A stretch of DNA of 63,756 bases, filler included, from Reclinomonas americana ATCC 50394 (taxonomy: Eukaryota), in assembly GCA_048213135.1 (NCBI GenBank). It is 24 parts of 24 records of this genome, joined end to end, with 100 filler letters (N's around TTAATTAATTAA, not from the genome) between each part and the next. Parts side by side here need not be neighbours in the genome. Positions count along the whole stretch, not along the records: positions 1 to 1,188 come from AFZH01023741.1; positions 1,289 to 5,526 come from AFZH01023742.1; positions 5,627 to 6,712 come from AFZH01023743.1; positions 6,813 to 9,388 come from AFZH01023745.1; positions 9,489 to 10,752 come from AFZH01023746.1; 19 more parts are not named here. One strand, given 5' to 3'. The first letter of the stretch is position 1; every line of letters begins with the position of its first letter. Positions 1 to 10,175 of this stretch are shown piece after piece. A program made the translations under genes and the position numbers. Under the pieces are notes generated by a model. It saw only the letters and a program-made list of their open reading frames with translations, searched no databases and was not told the DNA's origin.

Positions 1-1
1 C

Positions 2-97
2 GGTGGTCAGGCGCTGATCCTCGACCCGCCGCACCGGCTGGCCCATCCCGAACTTCATCGGACGCATCGGCAAACTTCCTTCGGATCACTCGGATGA
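2..97 (+). CDS. 3' fragment of an unidentified bacterial gene
   Basis: Open frame from the window start (GGQALILDPPHRLAHPELHRTHRQTSFGSLG*) ending just before a hairpin; no family recognised. Confidence 0.3.
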   Translation, partial: GGQALILDPPHRLAHPELHRTHRQTSFGSLG

Positions 98-129
98 GAA
101 AGACTGGCGCAGGACCGCCGCGCCGTCAC

Positions 130-153
130 CCCGGTCCCTATGGAGGGACCGGG
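130..153. terminator. Intergenic hairpin between convergent genes
   Basis: CCCGGTCCCT-ATGG-AGGGACCGGG, perfect 10-bp stem, no U-tract. Confidence 0.4.
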
Positions 154-186
154 ATGCGCCGAACGCAAGCAAGCGGACCTTGCAAC

Positions 187-1140
187 TCAGCGGATCATGC
201 GCGCGGCGCTATCCGACATCGACACCATCATATTGTAGCTGGAGACGATGCGGTTGGCATCGCCCGCCGCGCCCTTGCGCACGTCCCCCTTCGACTTGCC
301 GAGCTTCTCGCGGAAATCGCGCAGATTGCCGAGCCAGGAGCTGGCCGAGGAATCGATCATCGGCACGCCAGACGGATTGCTGTCCTTGAAGCGGTCCATT
401 TCCTTGATCGCGCCGGAATAGCCGGCGAGCGCGGTGTCGAAGGCGGCGAGATCGACGATCGGGCTCTCATTACTCGGCATCACGTCCATCACGGCGCGCG
501 CATTGATCATGATGTTGCGCAGCTGCCAGCGGGCCTGGCGGCCCTCGCTCGCCTCGATCGCTGCGAGCTCGCGCGCGTCGATCCCCTTCTTGTAGCCGTT
601 GAGCTGGCTGCTGAAGGCGGTGCGCTCGCGCAGGAAGGCCTCCGCCGCCGGCACCATCTTGGCATGCAGCTCGCGGCCCTCGGCGGCGTTGTCGTCGCGA
701 TAGTCCTTGCGCTCGTAATAGCGCTCGGCCCGGGTGATCAGCGGCGCCAGCTCCTGATAGGCGGCGATATAGCGCTTCACCGCGGCGTCGAGCTCGGGCT
801 GCGCCGGCGGTTGGCCGGCAGCCGCTTCGGCCTTGGCGATCTCGTCCTTGACGTCATAGAGGCTGTAGAGCCCATAGGAGATGTAGCGCTCCTTGCCGGT
901 CGGGCCCTTCTTCATGTCGACCCAGCTCTTGTAGCGATCCCAGGATTCGATCGCCCGGATCGTCCGGTTGGAGAGCGAGGTATAGGCATTCGACTTGGCG
1001 ATCGCCGCCTGCAGCTCGGGATCCTGCGCCGGCTTTTTCGCTGCGGTCTGCGGGGCGGCCTGCGCAAAGGCGGGCGGCGTCGCGGACACGGAGCAAAGCA
1101 GGGCTGCAAGGGAGAGGCTCAGCAGGCGGGAGGCCTTCAT
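187..1140 (-). CDS. YiiG/DUF3829-family secreted protein
   Basis: Signal peptide MKASRLLSLSLAALLCSVSATPPAFAQ; motifs KSNAY, RYKSWVDMKKGPTGKER and YYERKDYRDDNAAEGRELH. Confidence 0.75.
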   Translation of the reverse strand: MKASRLLSLSLAALLCSVSATPPAFAQAAPQTAAKKPAQDPELQAAIAKSNAYTSLSNRTIRAIESWDRYKSWVDMKKGPTGKERYISYGLYSLYDVKDEIAKAEAAAGQPPAQPELDAAVKRYIAAYQELAPLITRAERYYERKDYRDDNAAEGRELHAKMVPAAEAFLRERTAFSSQLNGYKKGIDARELAAIEASEGRQARWQLRNIMINARAVMDVMPSNESPIVDLAAFDTALAGYSGAIKEMDRFKDSNPSGVPMIDSSASSWLGNLRDFREKLGKSKGDVRKGAAGDANRIVSSYNMMVSMSDSAARMIR

Positions 1141-1188
1141 AGGGCACCTTTGGTCGACCACGGCCGGATCTGAGGCCGCGCCACGTTA

Positions 1189-1288
1189 NNNNNNNNNNNN
1201 NNNNNNNNNNNNNNNNNNNNNNNNNNNNNNNNTTAATTAATTAANNNNNNNNNNNNNNNNNNNNNNNNNNNNNNNNNNNNNNNNNNNN
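1189..1288. other. Artificial contig/scaffold spacer N44-TTAATTAATTAA-N44 (first of 23)
   Basis: Identical 100-nt spacers start at 1189, 5527, 6713, 9389, 10753, 13106, 18031, 20304, 21627, 26091, 28492, 31467, 32593, 34426, 36925, 39468, 41926, 43730, 45078, 46924, 51130, 59119 and 61221. The core gives stops in all six frames. Confidence 0.98.
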
Positions 1289-1501
1289 CAGGGAGCGCAC
1301 CCCGGCAGCGCAGGAGAGCACGATGCGCTTGCCGGGCTCGTTCGGCAGGTCAGCCGGATGGAACTGCGACAGCGGCAGCGACACCGCGCCGGGAATGTGC
1401 CCGGCGGCATATTCATGCGGCTCGCGCACATCGACGATGAGGATCGAATCATCGGCCAGGCCCGCCTTGACGGCGTCGATGTCGAGGTCGTGGACGATCA
1501 T
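1289..1501 (-). CDS. Rhodanese-like domain protein (3' truncated)
   Basis: IVDVREPHEYAAGHIPGA and active-site loop CAAGVRS. Confidence 0.9.
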
Positions 1502-1519
1502 GCTGCTGCTCGCGCTCGC

Positions 1520-2839
1520 TCAGTTCAGGAGCTTCACCAGATAGAGGGTGAGCGCCGGAAATGCCACGCAGATGCCGAGCCGGATCACATCGGCGCCGAC
1601 GAAGGGCAGCACGCCGCGATAGATCCGCGTCACCGGCACGTCGCGCGCCAGCGAGGCGACGACGAAGACGTTGAGCCCGATCGGCGGGCAGGTCATGCCG
1701 ATGCCGACCACGATCAGCACGAGGATGCCGAACCAGATCGCGATGTCGTCGGTCGGCATGCCGAAATCGAGCGCCGTCACGATCGGGAAGAAGACCGGCA
1801 GCGTCAGCAGGATCATGGCGAGTTCGTCCATCACGCCGCCGAGCACGATGTAGAACAGCAGCAGGCCGACCAGCACCGTATAGGGCGCCCAGCCGGAGGC
1901 CGCGATCATCTCCGCAGCCGCGGTCGGCACCTGCGTCAGCGCCAGGAAGGCGTTGAACACCTCCGCGCCGAGCAGGATGGCGAAGACCATCGCCGAGGTC
2001 TCGGCCGTCTGCAGGATCGCCTGCTTGATCTCGCCGGGGCCGAGCGTGCGCCGGAACAGCCCGATCAGGAGCATGATGAAGGCGCCGACCGAAGCGCCTT
2101 CCGTCGGCGTGAAGACGCCGCCATAGATGCCGCCAACCACGATCACCGCGACCGTCAGCGCCGGGATGACGCCGATCAGCAGCGGCCAGCGCTCGCGCCA
2201 GGGCGTGCGCTCATGGGCAGGCGCGAGCGTGCCGTCGATGCGCGACATGATCCAGATGGTGATGCAGTAGAACGTCGCCGCCAGCAGCCCGGGGATCAGC
2301 GCCGCCTGGAACAGCTTGGCGATGTTCTGCTCGGTCGAGATCGCATAGACGACCAGGATCACCGAGGGCGGGATCAGGATGCCGAGCGTGCCGCCGACTG
2401 CGGTGACGCCGCAGGCGAAGCCGGGATCGTAGCGATAGCCGCGCAATTGCGGCAGGGCGGCCCGGGCGAAGGTTGCGGTCGTCGCGACCGAGGAGCCGCA
2501 GATCGCGCCGAAGCCGGTGCAGGCTCCGATCATCGCCATGCCGAGGCCGCCGCGGCGATGGCCGACAAAGGCCGAGGCCGCCTTGAACAGGTCGCCCGCC
2601 AGTCCTGAACGCTCGGCGAAGGCACCCATCAGCACGAAGAGCGGGATCACCGAGAGCGTGTAATTGGCGAAGATCTGGTAGGGCGTGGTGCGGATATAGT
2701 TGAGGAAGGGCTCGAGCCCGTTGAGCTGGATATAGCCGGCGCTGCCCACGACCAGCATGGCGAGGCCGATCGGCAGGCGCAGCGCCATCAGCGCCAGCAT
2801 GACGGTAAAGCCGGTGATGGCGAGGGAGGCGCCGCTCAT
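1520..2839 (-). CDS. dctM: TRAP transporter large permease
   Basis: Starts MSGASLAITG; motifs GAICGSSVAT, GGTLGILIPPS, GGVFTPTEG and TCPPIGLNVF; ATG overlaps the dctQ stop. Confidence 0.93.
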   Translation of the reverse strand: MSGASLAITGFTVMLALMALRLPIGLAMLVVGSAGYIQLNGLEPFLNYIRTTPYQIFANYTLSVIPLFVLMGAFAERSGLAGDLFKAASAFVGHRRGGLGMAMIGACTGFGAICGSSVATTATFARAALPQLRGYRYDPGFACGVTAVGGTLGILIPPSVILVVYAISTEQNIAKLFQAALIPGLLAATFYCITIWIMSRIDGTLAPAHERTPWRERWPLLIGVIPALTVAVIVVGGIYGGVFTPTEGASVGAFIMLLIGLFRRTLGPGEIKQAILQTAETSAMVFAILLGAEVFNAFLALTQVPTAAAEMIAASGWAPYTVLVGLLLFYIVLGGVMDELAMILLTLPVFFPIVTALDFGMPTDDIAIWFGILVLIVVGIGMTCPPIGLNVFVVASLARDVPVTRIYRGVLPFVGADVIRLGICVAFPALTLYLVKLLN

Positions 2840-3343
2840 CGGGGCTGCCTCATGAGGCGGCTGGCGCTGACGAAGGCGGCGAGCGAGACGAAGCCGGCCA
2901 GCACCGCGCAGAGCGCGATCGGCAGATAGCTCGGCAGTTGCAGCACCATGGTGTTCTCGCCGCTGGCCAGCGCCGAACGCGCACCGACGCCGAGCCGCCA
3001 GGCGATCAGCGCCATGGCAAGGCCATAGACCCCCATCCCAGAGCGCATCGATGCTGTCGCGCCAGCGCTGCGGCAGCCTGAGGGTGAAGGTGTCGACGAA
3101 GATGTTGCCGCGCCTGAGCTGGCACAGCGGCAGGAAGCAGAAGGCGGCGATCGCGGTCGCCATCTGCACCAGCTCGAAATCGCCGGGCACGCCGGCCGCG
3201 CCGACGAGATCGCTGCGCAAGGTCACGCTGACCACCACCATGGTCGCGAGCGCGATCAGCAGCACTCCGCCGATGAGCGCGACCGCCTCCGCCACCGCGT
3301 CGATGCGCGATGGCGGCCTGTCCTCCCCTGCCCTGTCGGTCAT
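2836..3343 (-). CDS. dctQ: TRAP transporter small permease, frameshifted in a G5 run at ~3030-3034
   Basis: The N-half (..GDFELVQMA..RGNIFVDTF..DALWD) and C-half (GVYGLAMALIAWRLG..ENTMVLQLP) lie in different frames; removing one G restores a normal DctQ. Confidence 0.85.
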
Positions 3344-3345
3344 GC

Positions 3346-4398
3346 TCAGGCGGCGCTCTGGTGCTTGGCGAGGGCAGCGCGGGCGGCGGCAAGCAGCTTC
3401 TCGCCGTCGAGGCCCTTGTCCTTGGCGGTCTTGAGCCAGCCCTCGATCACTGGTGCGGTCGCCTTGTGCCAGCGATCGGCCTCGGCCTGCTCGAGCGTGA
3501 TGATGGTGTTGCCGCGCTTCTTGACCATCTCGGAGACGGCGACAGCCTGCTCGTCCCAGACCTTGCCCGCCATGGCCGAGGCGACCGCGCCCGAATTCTT
3601 GTCGATGATCGCCTTGAGATCCGGCGCGAGACCCTCGTACTTCGCCTTGTTCATGGCGAGCACGAAGGTCGCGACATAGAGGGTCGGCGAGCCCGGGATC
3701 TCGGTGTGGTTCTTGACCAGTTCCTGGACCTTGATCGAGGGCACCACTTCCCAGGGCACGACGCAGCCGTCGATCACGCGCTGCGCCAGCGATTCCGGCA
3801 CCTGGGGGATCGGCATGCCGATGGCATTGACGCCGAGCGCGCGCAGCGCCTCGCCGGCGAGCCGGGTCGGGAAGCGCAGCTTGAGGCCCTTCAGGTCCTC
3901 CATCGTCTTGACCGGCTTGTTGGCGTGGATCAGCCCGTGATCATGCGCCCAGAAGCAGATCGGATGGATGTCCTTGAATTCGTCCTTGAGGTGCTCCTTG
4001 GCATAGTCGGTCAGCGCCAGCGAGTTCACCAGCGCCCGCTTGTTGGCGACGAAGGGCAGTTCGAACGCCTCGATGCCGGTGAAGCGGCCGGGCGTGTTGC
4101 CGGGCAGCGTCCAGACGATGTCGACGACGCCGTCGCGGGCCTGGTCGAAGAGCTGCGGCGGGGTGCCGCCGAGCTGCATCGACGGGAAGATGTCGATCTT
4201 GATCCGGCCGTTCGATTCAGCGCCGACCTTGTCGGCCCAGGGCTTCAGGAACTTGGAATGCCCGTTCGCCACCGGCGGCAGGAAGTGGTGCATGCGCAGC
4301 GTCACTTCCTGGGCATTGGCACGCGTGGCGCGCAGCACGGCCGGCGCAGCTACGGCCGAGCCGGCGAGCGTCAGGAATCTGCGACGATCGAAAGTCAT
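3346..4398 (-). CDS. dctP: TRAP substrate-binding protein with a Tat signal
   Basis: MTFDRRRFL twin-arginine signal; GRIKIDIFPSMQLGG and DLKGLKLR; GGAGGG RBS upstream of ATG 4398. Confidence 0.93.
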   Translation of the reverse strand: MTFDRRRFLTLAGSAVAAPAVLRATRANAQEVTLRMHHFLPPVANGHSKFLKPWADKVGAESNGRIKIDIFPSMQLGGTPPQLFDQARDGVVDIVWTLPGNTPGRFTGIEAFELPFVANKRALVNSLALTDYAKEHLKDEFKDIHPICFWAHDHGLIHANKPVKTMEDLKGLKLRFPTRLAGEALRALGVNAIGMPIPQVPESLAQRVIDGCVVPWEVVPSIKVQELVKNHTEIPGSPTLYVATFVLAMNKAKYEGLAPDLKAIIDKNSGAVASAMAGKVWDEQAVAVSEMVKKRGNTIITLEQAEADRWHKATAPVIEGWLKTAKDKGLDGEKLLAAARAALAKHQSAA

Positions 4399-4485
4399 GA
4401 GGTCCCCTCCCGGGAATTCTGGATTGTTTCGTTCACCCCTGCCGCATTTTTTTGCGCGGCTAAGATCGCCTAGTGCATCGCACCA

Positions 4486-4504
4486 AAAAGTGGAATTCAC
4501 TTTT
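4486..4504. promoter_or_regulatory. Palindromic candidate operator upstream of the TRAP operon
   Basis: AAAAGTG-GAATT-CACTTTT in an AT-rich stretch ~90 bp upstream of dctP. Confidence 0.4.
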
Positions 4505-4725
4505 CGGCTCGATGCTTGGACAAAAACACGAGCCCCCGATCTCGCATTTCAGCCGACACATCGTGATTTGGCTCATCGCAACGCTGCAAGATCGAGAATG
4601 AAGCCAGCCGTAATACAACTCGGGCGCCACGGAGGATGGCGCCCAGGTCACAATAGTTTCACTCGTAACCAATTGGCAAGTCCCGGCGGCAGGACTGTTT
4701 GCCCCACCGCCAGGGCGATGCCATG

Positions 4726-5169
4726 TCAGGCCAGCGGCGGGATGCGCAGCACCCAGCCCGGCTGGATCAGGTCGGGGTCCTTCACCGGCGGCGTGTTGGC
4801 CTTGACGATCTCGGTGTATTTGGCGCCCTTGCCCTTGCCGTAATGCTCCTCGGCGATCTTCCAGAGCGTATCGCCCTTCTTCACCGTATAGAACACGGCG
4901 GCGGCGGCCTCCTTGTTGACGATCAGCTCCGATTCGACCGAACCCACGCCGGCGGTGTTGCCGATCGCCAGGATGATCTTCTCGGCCTCCTCGGTGGTCA
5001 TCGCCTTGCCGGAGACCTTCACCTTGTCGCCGGACACGTCGATCTTGACGTCCGAGGGCAGGCCGTGGCCCGCCAGTTCCTTCTGCAACTGATCCGCCGT
5101 CGCCGCATTGGCCGAGCTCGATCCGAAGATCTTGGCGCCGGCATCCTTGATGAAACTGAACAGACCCAT
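4726..5169 (-). CDS. lysM: BON + LysM domain protein (Kbp/YgaU family)
   Basis: MGLFSFIKDAGAKIFG start; BON domain; LysM motif YTVKKGDTLWKIAEEHYG..DLIQPGWVLRIP. Confidence 0.92.
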   Translation of the reverse strand: MGLFSFIKDAGAKIFGSSSANAATADQLQKELAGHGLPSDVKIDVSGDKVKVSGKAMTTEEAEKIILAIGNTAGVGSVESELIVNKEAAAAVFYTVKKGDTLWKIAEEHYGKGKGAKYTEIVKANTPPVKDPDLIQPGWVLRIPPLA

Positions 5170-5460
5170 AGCGTGTTCTCCTCATGCGCTGGCCGCCCCG
5201 CCAGGATCGGCCGGACGATCGGGCTTCGCGCGACTCGACAGCGTCAGCCTTGGAGCAAGTTCTGGTCGCAAAAGTGGCGATCACCTTGCGGAACGTACCC
5301 TTCAACGCGCATCCCATGAAGCCTGCTCGGGGCGACAACTGCAAGACGAAACCGTCGCGGGGAGTGAAAGGCGAGGTCTGCCCTTCCCTCGCGTCGCCCG
5401 CGCTGGCAGAACGAAACCGGGCCGACAGGCTCCGTCATCGATACCCATGAAAGGCCAGCC

Positions 5461-5526
5461 ATGACCGCCCTCTCCCTCGAACAGGCCAGCGTGATCGTCG
5501 ACGGCGCCCTGAAATATGCGCGCGAG
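5461..5526 (+). CDS. GlcG/HbpS-family heme-binding protein, N-terminal fragment
   Basis: MTALSLEQASVIVDGALKYARE after GAAAGG; runs into the spacer; not in the ORF track. Confidence 0.6.
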
Positions 5527-5626
5527 NNNNNNNNNNNNNNNNNNNNNNNNNNNNNNNNNNNNNNNNNNNNTTAATTAATTAANNNNNNNNNNNNNNNNNN
5601 NNNNNNNNNNNNNNNNNNNNNNNNNN

Positions 5627-6712
5627 GCGTAGTTCGGCGATCGCGCCCTCGAGCGGATGGAAGCTGAAGCGGATCTTGTGGGTGCCGGCCGGAACCTGCA
5701 CCGCCCGGAACAGCACGTTGGCCTTGAGGATCTCGACCTCCTGACCGTCGAGCTCCGCCTTCCACCAGGGGTGCCAGATGTCGTTCAGCACGACGAAGCC
5801 CGCTTGCGCGCTCGTCACTTCGATCTCGACCACCGTGTTGCGGTAGCGCTTGAGCTTGACCTCGGCATTGCTCGCGACCGGCCCCTCCGGCACGCCGGGC
5901 TCTGGCTCCTGGTCGAGCAGGACGACGCGCTGCGGATCGGCCTCCGGCCATTTCCCGGCCGACTTCATCCCCTCGAAATCGGCGAGCTCCCAGCCGCCGA
6001 CGAACATCACGCGCGGCAGCGCCCGCGGGTTCTCGTAGATGTAGCCGTCCTTGGTGTAGGCGACGAGCTTGAGGTCGCCGGCCCGCAGGGAGCGATCGAC
6101 CTGGCCGATCGGCACCCGCGTCGCGATGTAGCGCAGGCCGAGAAAATCGGCGAGGCGACAGCGATAGGACGGGAACAGCGGCGTGAACACGCGCTCGCTT
6201 GGCGCGGCGATCGAATCGCGCGTGCCGACGGCTTCCGAGAAGTCGGCCAGGCGCAGCGGATTGTAGCCCAGCGTGTGGTCGAAGCCGTGGATCATGCCGG
6301 CATTAGGCCATTCGAAGCCCATGCCGAGCAGCTCGACCCGGTCGCGCCTGGCTGAATCCGGCGGCTGCGTCGTGAGCTTCTTCAGCACGGCGACGGTCTC
6401 GTTCTTGGTCTCCGGCCGCAGCACGTCATAGACCTCCGGCGCCAGCGCCGTGGCCTCGTTGGGGCCGTTATTGGCGGCGAGATCGGCCGCGACGACACCG
6501 GTGACGATCAGGCTCGCGGCAAGCGGGGCCGCGGCACCACGCCAACGCGTCAGCACGACGAGGAGGACAAGCGCGCTCGCGAACCAGGCGGCCGCGGTTG
6601 CGCTCGGCAACCAGGCCTGGCCGAGATGGCCGGCCTGACGCGCCACCACCAAGGCAACGCCGATCAGCAGGGCGATCGCGCCGGCGCCGATGCCGAGATC
6701 GCGCCAGATCGC
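5627..6712 (-). CDS. YfhO-family membrane protein (GT-C-like), internal/C-terminal fragment
   Basis: GYNPL, YENPRALPR and GFVVLNDIWHPWWKAELDG..FRAVQVPAGTHKIRFSF are typical of the YfhO C-terminus. Confidence 0.8.
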
Positions 6713-6904
6713 NNNNNNNNNNNNNNNNNNNNNNNNNNNNNNNNNNNNNNNNNNNNTTAATTAATTAANNNNNNNNNNNNNNNNNNNNNNNNNNNNNNNN
6801 NNNNNNNNNNNNGCCTTCGACAGGAGCCGGTTCCGCGCTAGACCGGATCGCGGAAAACGAGTCTGGTTCCAACGGCTTGCACGCCGCCTCTGAATCACCG
6901 TCGC

Positions 6905-8344
6905 ATGGACTTGAATCATCTGATGAGCACTTCCTACCCGCGTGATCTCGTCGGCTACGGCCGCAATGCCCCGCATCCGCATTGGCCGGGGCAGGCCCGG
7001 ATCGCGGTGCAGTTCGTGGTCAATTACGAGGAAGGCGGCGAGAACTGCATCCTGCATGGCGATGCCGCCTCGGAGGCGTTCCTCTCCGAGATCGTCGGCG
7101 CCGCGCCCTGGCCCGGCCAGCGCCACATGAACATGGAGTCAATCTACGAATACGGCTCGCGCGCCGGCTATTGGCGGCTCTGGCGGATGTTCACTGAGCG
7201 GAAGCTGCCGGTCACGGTCTTCGCCGTCGCCTCGGCGCTGCAGCGCTATCCCGAGATCGTCGCCTCGATGCAGGAGGCCGGCTGGGAGATCGCGACCCAC
7301 GGCCTGAAATGGATCGACTATCGCGACGCGCCGCCCGAGCTCGAGCGCGAGCACATCGCCGAAGCGATCCGCATCCAGACCGAGCTCGCCGGGGAACGGC
7401 CGCTCGGCTGCTATCAGGGCCGGACCTCAGTCAACACCATTCCCCTGACGATGGAAGAAGGCGGCTTCCTCTACACCGCCGACGTCTATGCCGACGAACT
7501 GCCCTATTGGCTCGAAGGTCCGCACGGCCCGCAACTCGCCGTGCCCTATACGCTCGACGCCAACGACATGCGCTTTGCGACACCGCAGGGCTTCAACAGC
7601 GGCGAGCAGTTCTTCGCCTATCTCAAGGATTCGTTCGACACGCTCTATGCCGAGGGCGAGAGCGCGCCGAAGATGATGTCGGTCGGCCTGCATTGCCGCC
7701 TCGTCGGCCGGCCCGGCCGCGCCGCGGCGCTGGCCCGCTTCCTCGACTACGTCCAGAGCCATGACCGCGTCTGGGTCGCGACCCGGCTCGACATCGCCCG
7801 CCATTGGGTCAGGACGCATCCGCCCGAAGGCGGCTACAAGCCCTCGCGGCTGCCGCAGGCGCTGTTCACCGAGGTCTATGGCCGGGTCTGGGAGCACTCG
7901 CCCTGGATCGCCGAGCAGGCCCACGCGGCCGGGCTGACGGCAAAGCAGGACTCCGCCGAAGAACTGCACAAAGCGATGGTCGCGGTGCTGCACAAGGCTC
8001 CGCGCGAGCGGCAGAAGGCGCTGCTCGACGCCCATCCCGACCTTGCCGGCAAGATCGCGGCGGCTGGCGAGCTGACGCCGGAATCGGCTAGCGAGCAGGG
8101 CTCGGCCGGGCTCGACCGGCTGACCTCGGACGAGCGCGCCCGCTTCACGGCGCTGAACGAGGCCTACAAGGCGAGGTTCGGGATTCCGTTCATCGTGGCG
8201 GTCAAGGGGCTGAGCAAGGCCGACATCCTCGCCGCCTTCGAGGAAAGGCTGAAGAGCACGCCCGAACAGGAGTTCGCCACAGCGCTCGCCCAGGTCGAGA
8301 AGATCGCGCTGATCCGGCTGAAAGACCTGCTGCCGGCAGGCTAG
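6905..8344 (+). CDS. puuE: Allantoinase PuuE fused to OHCU decarboxylase UraD
   Basis: N-domain YPRDLVGYG..NYEEGGE..SIYEYGSRAG..YTLDANDMRF..GLHCRLVGRPGR; C-domain EHSPWIAE..AHPDLAG..SASEQ..YKARFGIPFIVAV. Start may be 6923. Confidence 0.93.
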   Translation: MDLNHLMSTSYPRDLVGYGRNAPHPHWPGQARIAVQFVVNYEEGGENCILHGDAASEAFLSEIVGAAPWPGQRHMNMESIYEYGSRAGYWRLWRMFTERKLPVTVFAVASALQRYPEIVASMQEAGWEIATHGLKWIDYRDAPPELEREHIAEAIRIQTELAGERPLGCYQGRTSVNTIPLTMEEGGFLYTADVYADELPYWLEGPHGPQLAVPYTLDANDMRFATPQGFNSGEQFFAYLKDSFDTLYAEGESAPKMMSVGLHCRLVGRPGRAAALARFLDYVQSHDRVWVATRLDIARHWVRTHPPEGGYKPSRLPQALFTEVYGRVWEHSPWIAEQAHAAGLTAKQDSAEELHKAMVAVLHKAPRERQKALLDAHPDLAGKIAAAGELTPESASEQGSAGLDRLTSDERARFTALNEAYKARFGIPFIVAVKGLSKADILAAFEERLKSTPEQEFATALAQVEKIALIRLKDLLPAG

Positions 8345-8739
8345 GACTTGTTCGTCCGCTCGCGCCCTTGCGGATCGACCATGCGCGCCAGCCACCATGT
8401 CGTCCCTGTGGGGTCCTTGACCCCGCCGCGTCGGTCGCCATCGCCTTTCTCCTCCGGCGCCTGCACCAGCGTGCCGCCGGCCGCCACCGCCTTTGCGATC
8501 AGGTCATCGGGGTCGGCGACATAGACGTGGACATGGCATTCCGGGCCACCCGGCGCCTGCCCGAGCATCACGATCGAATCGTCGATACTGAATTCGGCAT
8601 GCATGATCCCGCCATCCTCGCGCCGGGCTACGAAGCTTGGATCGGCCCCGAACACCGCCTTGGCGAAGGCGAGCGCCTTTTCCGCATCGGCGACCATGAG
8701 ATAGGGCGAAACGGCGTTGTGTCCTTCGGGCTTGTGCAT
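8341..8739 (-). CDS. VOC/glyoxalase (PhnB-like) family protein
   Basis: MHKPEGHNAVSPYL..IMHAEFSIDDS..GDRRGGVKDPTGTTWW; GGAGGAG RBS. Confidence 0.88.
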   Translation of the reverse strand: MHKPEGHNAVSPYLMVADAEKALAFAKAVFGADPSFVARREDGGIMHAEFSIDDSIVMLGQAPGGPECHVHVYVADPDDLIAKAVAAGGTLVQAPEEKGDGDRRGGVKDPTGTTWWLARMVDPQGRERTNKS

Positions 8740-8810
8740 CGAACTCCTCCCTGTCTCGTCGTGCAACATCGGGAAGGCAGGTCGGTTCCACTCCCGACTC
8801 AACGTCTACC

Positions 8811-8860
8811 CGTTACTCCGGACAAGCGGCGGCAGGGGCGCCGCTCCGCCGGGAATGACG
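8811..8860. repeat. Degenerate REP-like palindromic element
   Basis: Termini CGTTACTCC...GGAATGACG with an internal GCGGC stem; same terminal motif as the 10972, 61761 and 63587 elements. Confidence 0.45.
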
Positions 8861-8873
8861 AAAGAGTAGGGCG

Positions 8874-9388
8874 TCACAGCCCGCTGACCAGATGCCCGCC
8901 GTCGACCGCGACCACCGCGCCGGTCATGTAACGCCCGGCGTCGGAGCAGAGCAGCAGGAGCGGCCCGTCGAGATCGTCGAGTTCGCCGGCCCGGCGCATC
9001 GGGATGCGCTTCTTCAGCGCCTCGCCAGCATCGCCGGCGAAGAACTCGCGGTTGATGTCGGTGACGATATAGCCCGGCGCCAGCGCATTGACCCTGATTG
9101 CGTGCCGGGCCCATTCCAGCGCCAGCGCCTTGGTCATCTGGATCAGCCCGGCCTTGGAGATCGCATAGGGCGCGACGCGGCCGGCGACGCGCTCGCCCAG
9201 GATCGAGGCGATGTTGACGATCGCGCCGCCGCCGTTCCGCTCCGCCATGAGCTTCGCCGCTGCCTGCGCCGCGAAGAAGCAGCCCTTCAGGTTGACGTCG
9301 AGCTGCGCGTCCCACTGCGCCTCGCTGACGGAAAGCGCAGCTTCCGTCTCGCCGACGCCGGCATTGTTGACGAGCACGTCGAGCCCGC
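8874..9388 (-). CDS. SDR-family oxidoreductase (5' truncated)
   Basis: LVNNAG, IVNIAS, catalytic YAISK, IRVNALAPG and VDGG. Confidence 0.93.
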
Positions 9389-9488
9389 NNNNNNNNNNNN
9401 NNNNNNNNNNNNNNNNNNNNNNNNNNNNNNNNTTAATTAATTAANNNNNNNNNNNNNNNNNNNNNNNNNNNNNNNNNNNNNNNNNNNN

Positions 9489-10175
9489 GTCCGCCATCAC
9501 CTTGCGGTCGCTTTCGTTCGGCTCCCAGCTCCAGTTCTTCCAGTGCCCCTTGGCCTTGCCGATCCTCAGCCGCTTCATCAGTGCCCGGAAGCCGTCGAGA
9601 TCGGCGCCGGGCGCGCCCGTGGCCTCGCTAAGCAACCGCGCGAGATAGGAGAGTTCGTGCGGCGCCTGCCCCGCGGTCGCGCTCATATAGATCGTGAACT
9701 GCGCGGCCGCCGCCATCTGCCGGCAGACCATTCCCTGCTGCGAGTTCGGATTGCGGATGCGGTGGGCTTCGTCGATCACCACCAGCGGCCAGACCCGTTT
9801 CGGCGTGCCGTGCTTGGCGAGCTCGTTGTTCTTCGCCCGCGTCGAGCGCTTGTTGCTGGCCGGCGGCGGCGCGAGCAGCGACTTGGTCCGCTCGAAATTC
9901 ATCAGGGTGAGCTTCTTCGCCGGGAGCCCGGCATGGGCGATGGTGCGCCGCCATTGCGGAATCGCGCCTTTCGGGCAGATCACCAGCACCTCCTGCTCCG
10001 GCATCGCCGAAATGGCGAGCCAAGCCGAGAGCGTCTTGCCGAGCCCCGTGAGGTCGCCGAGCAGGAAACCCGGCTTGCCGGCAGCACGCGCTGCCAGGAT
10101 CGCGTCACGTGCCACGAGCTGGTGCGGATGCGGCACCATGATCTCGGGCGCATCGCCCTTCGCTGCTGCACTCAT
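9489..10175 (-). CDS. SNF2-related SF2 helicase/ATPase, N-terminal half
   Basis: PHPHQ, Walker [10 protein letters not shown], motif Ia VICPK, DEAH and motif III MSATAG; ATG overlaps the LysR stop (ATGA). Confidence 0.82.

Noticed and set aside
94..1173. Long antisense ORFs (also 1358-2608, 10805-12067, 38021-39523, 42087-43448, 62006-63319)
   Set aside because: These are shadow ORFs opposite well-supported genes, as expected in high-GC DNA.
1520..3343. 607-aa natural DctQM fusion
   Set aside because: The linker is out-of-frame nonsense, while the true DctQ C-terminus is intact in another frame.
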